From Vulcanimicrobiota bacterium (GTDB taxonomy: Bacteria; Vulcanimicrobiota; Vulcanimicrobiia; Vulcanimicrobiales; Vulcanimicrobiaceae), in assembly GCA_963820825.1 (NCBI GenBank), contig CAWGBN010000006.1:544001-608000 (forward strand): 64,000 nt of DNA. Direction: 5' to 3'. Below the pieces are notes generated by a model. It was not told where the DNA came from. It made no database searches and saw only the letters and a list, made by a program, of their open reading frames with translations. Made by a program: the position numbers and the translations under genes. Positions 62,708 to 64,000 of this stretch are shown piece by piece. The first letter of the stretch is position 1, and each line of letters starts with the position of its first letter.

Positions 62708-63355
62708 TTATTGCTGGGTGTTGGCGTCGAGCCAGTAGTCGACGTCGAGACCGTGCGCGGGCAGCACGATGAAGGCCGTCGCCGGCAGATGGACGCTTCG
62801 CGCCAGCCGCTCCCACGTCGAAAGAACGCGGACCACGTAGGCCTGCGTTTCGTCGTAGGGCGGAATGCCGCCGTACTCGCTGACGGCGTGCGGGCCGGCG
62901 TTGTAGGCCGCGAAGACTAAGTTGTAGTTCTTCCGTCCGAAGCGCTGGATGAGCCCGCGCAGATAGCGCGCGGCTCCCGAGAGGTTCTGCTTGGGATCGC
63001 GCGGGTTCACACCGAGCAGCGCCGCGGTTCCGGGCATGAGCTGGCCGAGTCCGATCGCCCCCGCCGACGAGACCGCGTGCGTATGCCAGCGCGACTCGAC
63101 GGTGACGATCGCCACCAGCATGTTGGCGTCGATCCGCCAGCGTTCGGCGTTGACGAGCACCCGCCGGGCCAGATCGCGGCTCTCCCAACCGGGGAGTTGC
63201 GGATTGATGTGACGCAGCACTTTGGCATAGACGGCGATCGCCGCAGGGGTCGCCGCGACGGGAGGGTGGGACGCGAGCGCCGGCGTGGTGCTCAGCGCGA
63301 GCAAGCCACATACGAACGAGGCTCCCGCCAGGAAGCTGGCGATGGTCCTTCGCAT
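62708..63355 (-). CDS. SLT-domain lytic transglycosylase
   Basis: Signal peptide, [25 protein letters not shown]; alternative start at 63379. Confidence 0.9.
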   Translation of the reverse strand: MRRTIASFLAGASFVCGLLALSTTPALASHPPVAATPAAIAVYAKVLRHINPQLPGWESRDLARRVLVNAERWRIDANMLVAIVTVESRWHTHAVSSAGAIGLGQLMPGTAALLGVNPRDPKQNLSGAARYLRGLIQRFGRKNYNLVFAAYNAGPHAVSEYGGIPPYDETQAYVVRVLSTWERLARSVHLPATAFIVLPAHGLDVDYWLDANTQQ

Positions 63356-63562
63356 ATGGGGCCCGTGGGTTCGCGCCATCCCTCAGAGCCGCCTTCCGAG
63401 GCGGCGCCGCCTGGGGCACCTCGGTATCGCTGGCGAGCGCTGGCGATCGTCATCGGCCTCTTGGTCGTATTGTGCGCGATGATTGCGTGGTCGCAATGGT
63501 ACGCAATTCACGTCAACGTTCCGCGATATCAAGCGCAGCACGTACACACGGCAACGCATTGA
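63356..63562 (+). CDS. Small single-TM protein
   Basis: RYRWR followed by a hydrophobic helix; start uncertain. Confidence 0.55.
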   Translation: MGPVGSRHPSEPPSEAAPPGAPRYRWRALAIVIGLLVVLCAMIAWSQWYAIHVNVPRYQAQHVHTATH

Positions 63563-63648
63563 GGCGCTGCTTTGATAGTTCTTTGATTGAAGTTGCGAAG
63601 GAGTCCCGGCTGCCCCGCCGCTAGAGCAAATCGAGGAGGTTTTTGGAG

Positions 63649-64000
63649 TTGATCGCCCACGCACTTTTATTTACGCTCGTCGCCGCCGCGCCGACCGCGT
63701 CGCCGGCACCGCCCTCTCCCTTGCCGCCCAAGCCGGTCGTTACGGCGTCGCCCTCGCCGACGCCGAGTCCGGGTCCGGCGTTCGGCAACATGCGCTGGCG
63801 CGCAATCGGTCCGGCCGCGGCCGGCGGACGCGTCGCGGCGGTCGCCGGCTCGGCGACCGACCCAAAACTCTACTACCTCGGAGCCGCCGGCGGCGGCGTC
63901 TGGAAATCTTCGAACGGCGCGCAGACGTGGGATCCCGTCTTCGAAAAGGAAGGCGTGGCTGCGATCGGCGCCGTGACCATCGATCCGACCGATAATAAGA
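63649..64000 (+). CDS. VPS10/BNR-repeat secreted glycosyl hydrolase-like protein, 3'-truncated by window edge
   Basis: GAGGAGG RBS, TTG start, Pro-rich linker, WRAIGPAAAGGRV, GGVWKSSNGAQTW. Confidence 0.85.
   Translation, partial: MIAHALLFTLVAAAPTASPAPPSPLPPKPVVTASPSPTPSPGPAFGNMRWRAIGPAAAGGRVAAVAGSATDPKLYYLGAAGGGVWKSSNGAQTWDPVFEKEGVAAIGAVTIDPTDNK

Overview
GC-rich, densely coded bacterial chromosome segment. The repertoire (TonB receptor with a carboxypeptidase-like N-domain, VPS10/BNR hydrolases, XRE-ATPase-TPR and PDZ-TM-GAF proteins, many small lipoproteins) suggests a diderm soil bacterium, possibly Ca. Eremiobacterota; this is an untested inference. Housekeeping content: A2-type cytochrome c oxidase ctaD/ctaE, ctaA/ctaB, aidB-like ACAD, prfC, ROK kinase, egtD, an osmoprotectant-type ABC transporter, ppk1, bolA-grx-sulfurtransferase, rnd, acnA, aceE/aceF and TPP riboswitch-thiC. 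I found no rRNA, tRNA, CRISPR array or transposase. Six single-base +1 insertions disrupt three genes and look like assembly errors. Best leads: (1) a 4-TM upstream ORF carrying an RAPP arrest-like motif just before an SD-sequestering hairpin of a TonB-dependent receptor (41137-44248); (2) a four-gene cassette of membrane protein, signal-less alpha/beta hydrolase, amidase and M15-like peptidase with no phage genes nearby (1979-5062); (3) two inverted, covarying copies of a GGA-hairpin structured element (38937-39280); (4) REP-like repeats inserted in coding sequences; (5) a candidate sRNA with promoter and terminator (48046-48213); (6) a WYL regulator with two matching operators upstream of VOC genes.
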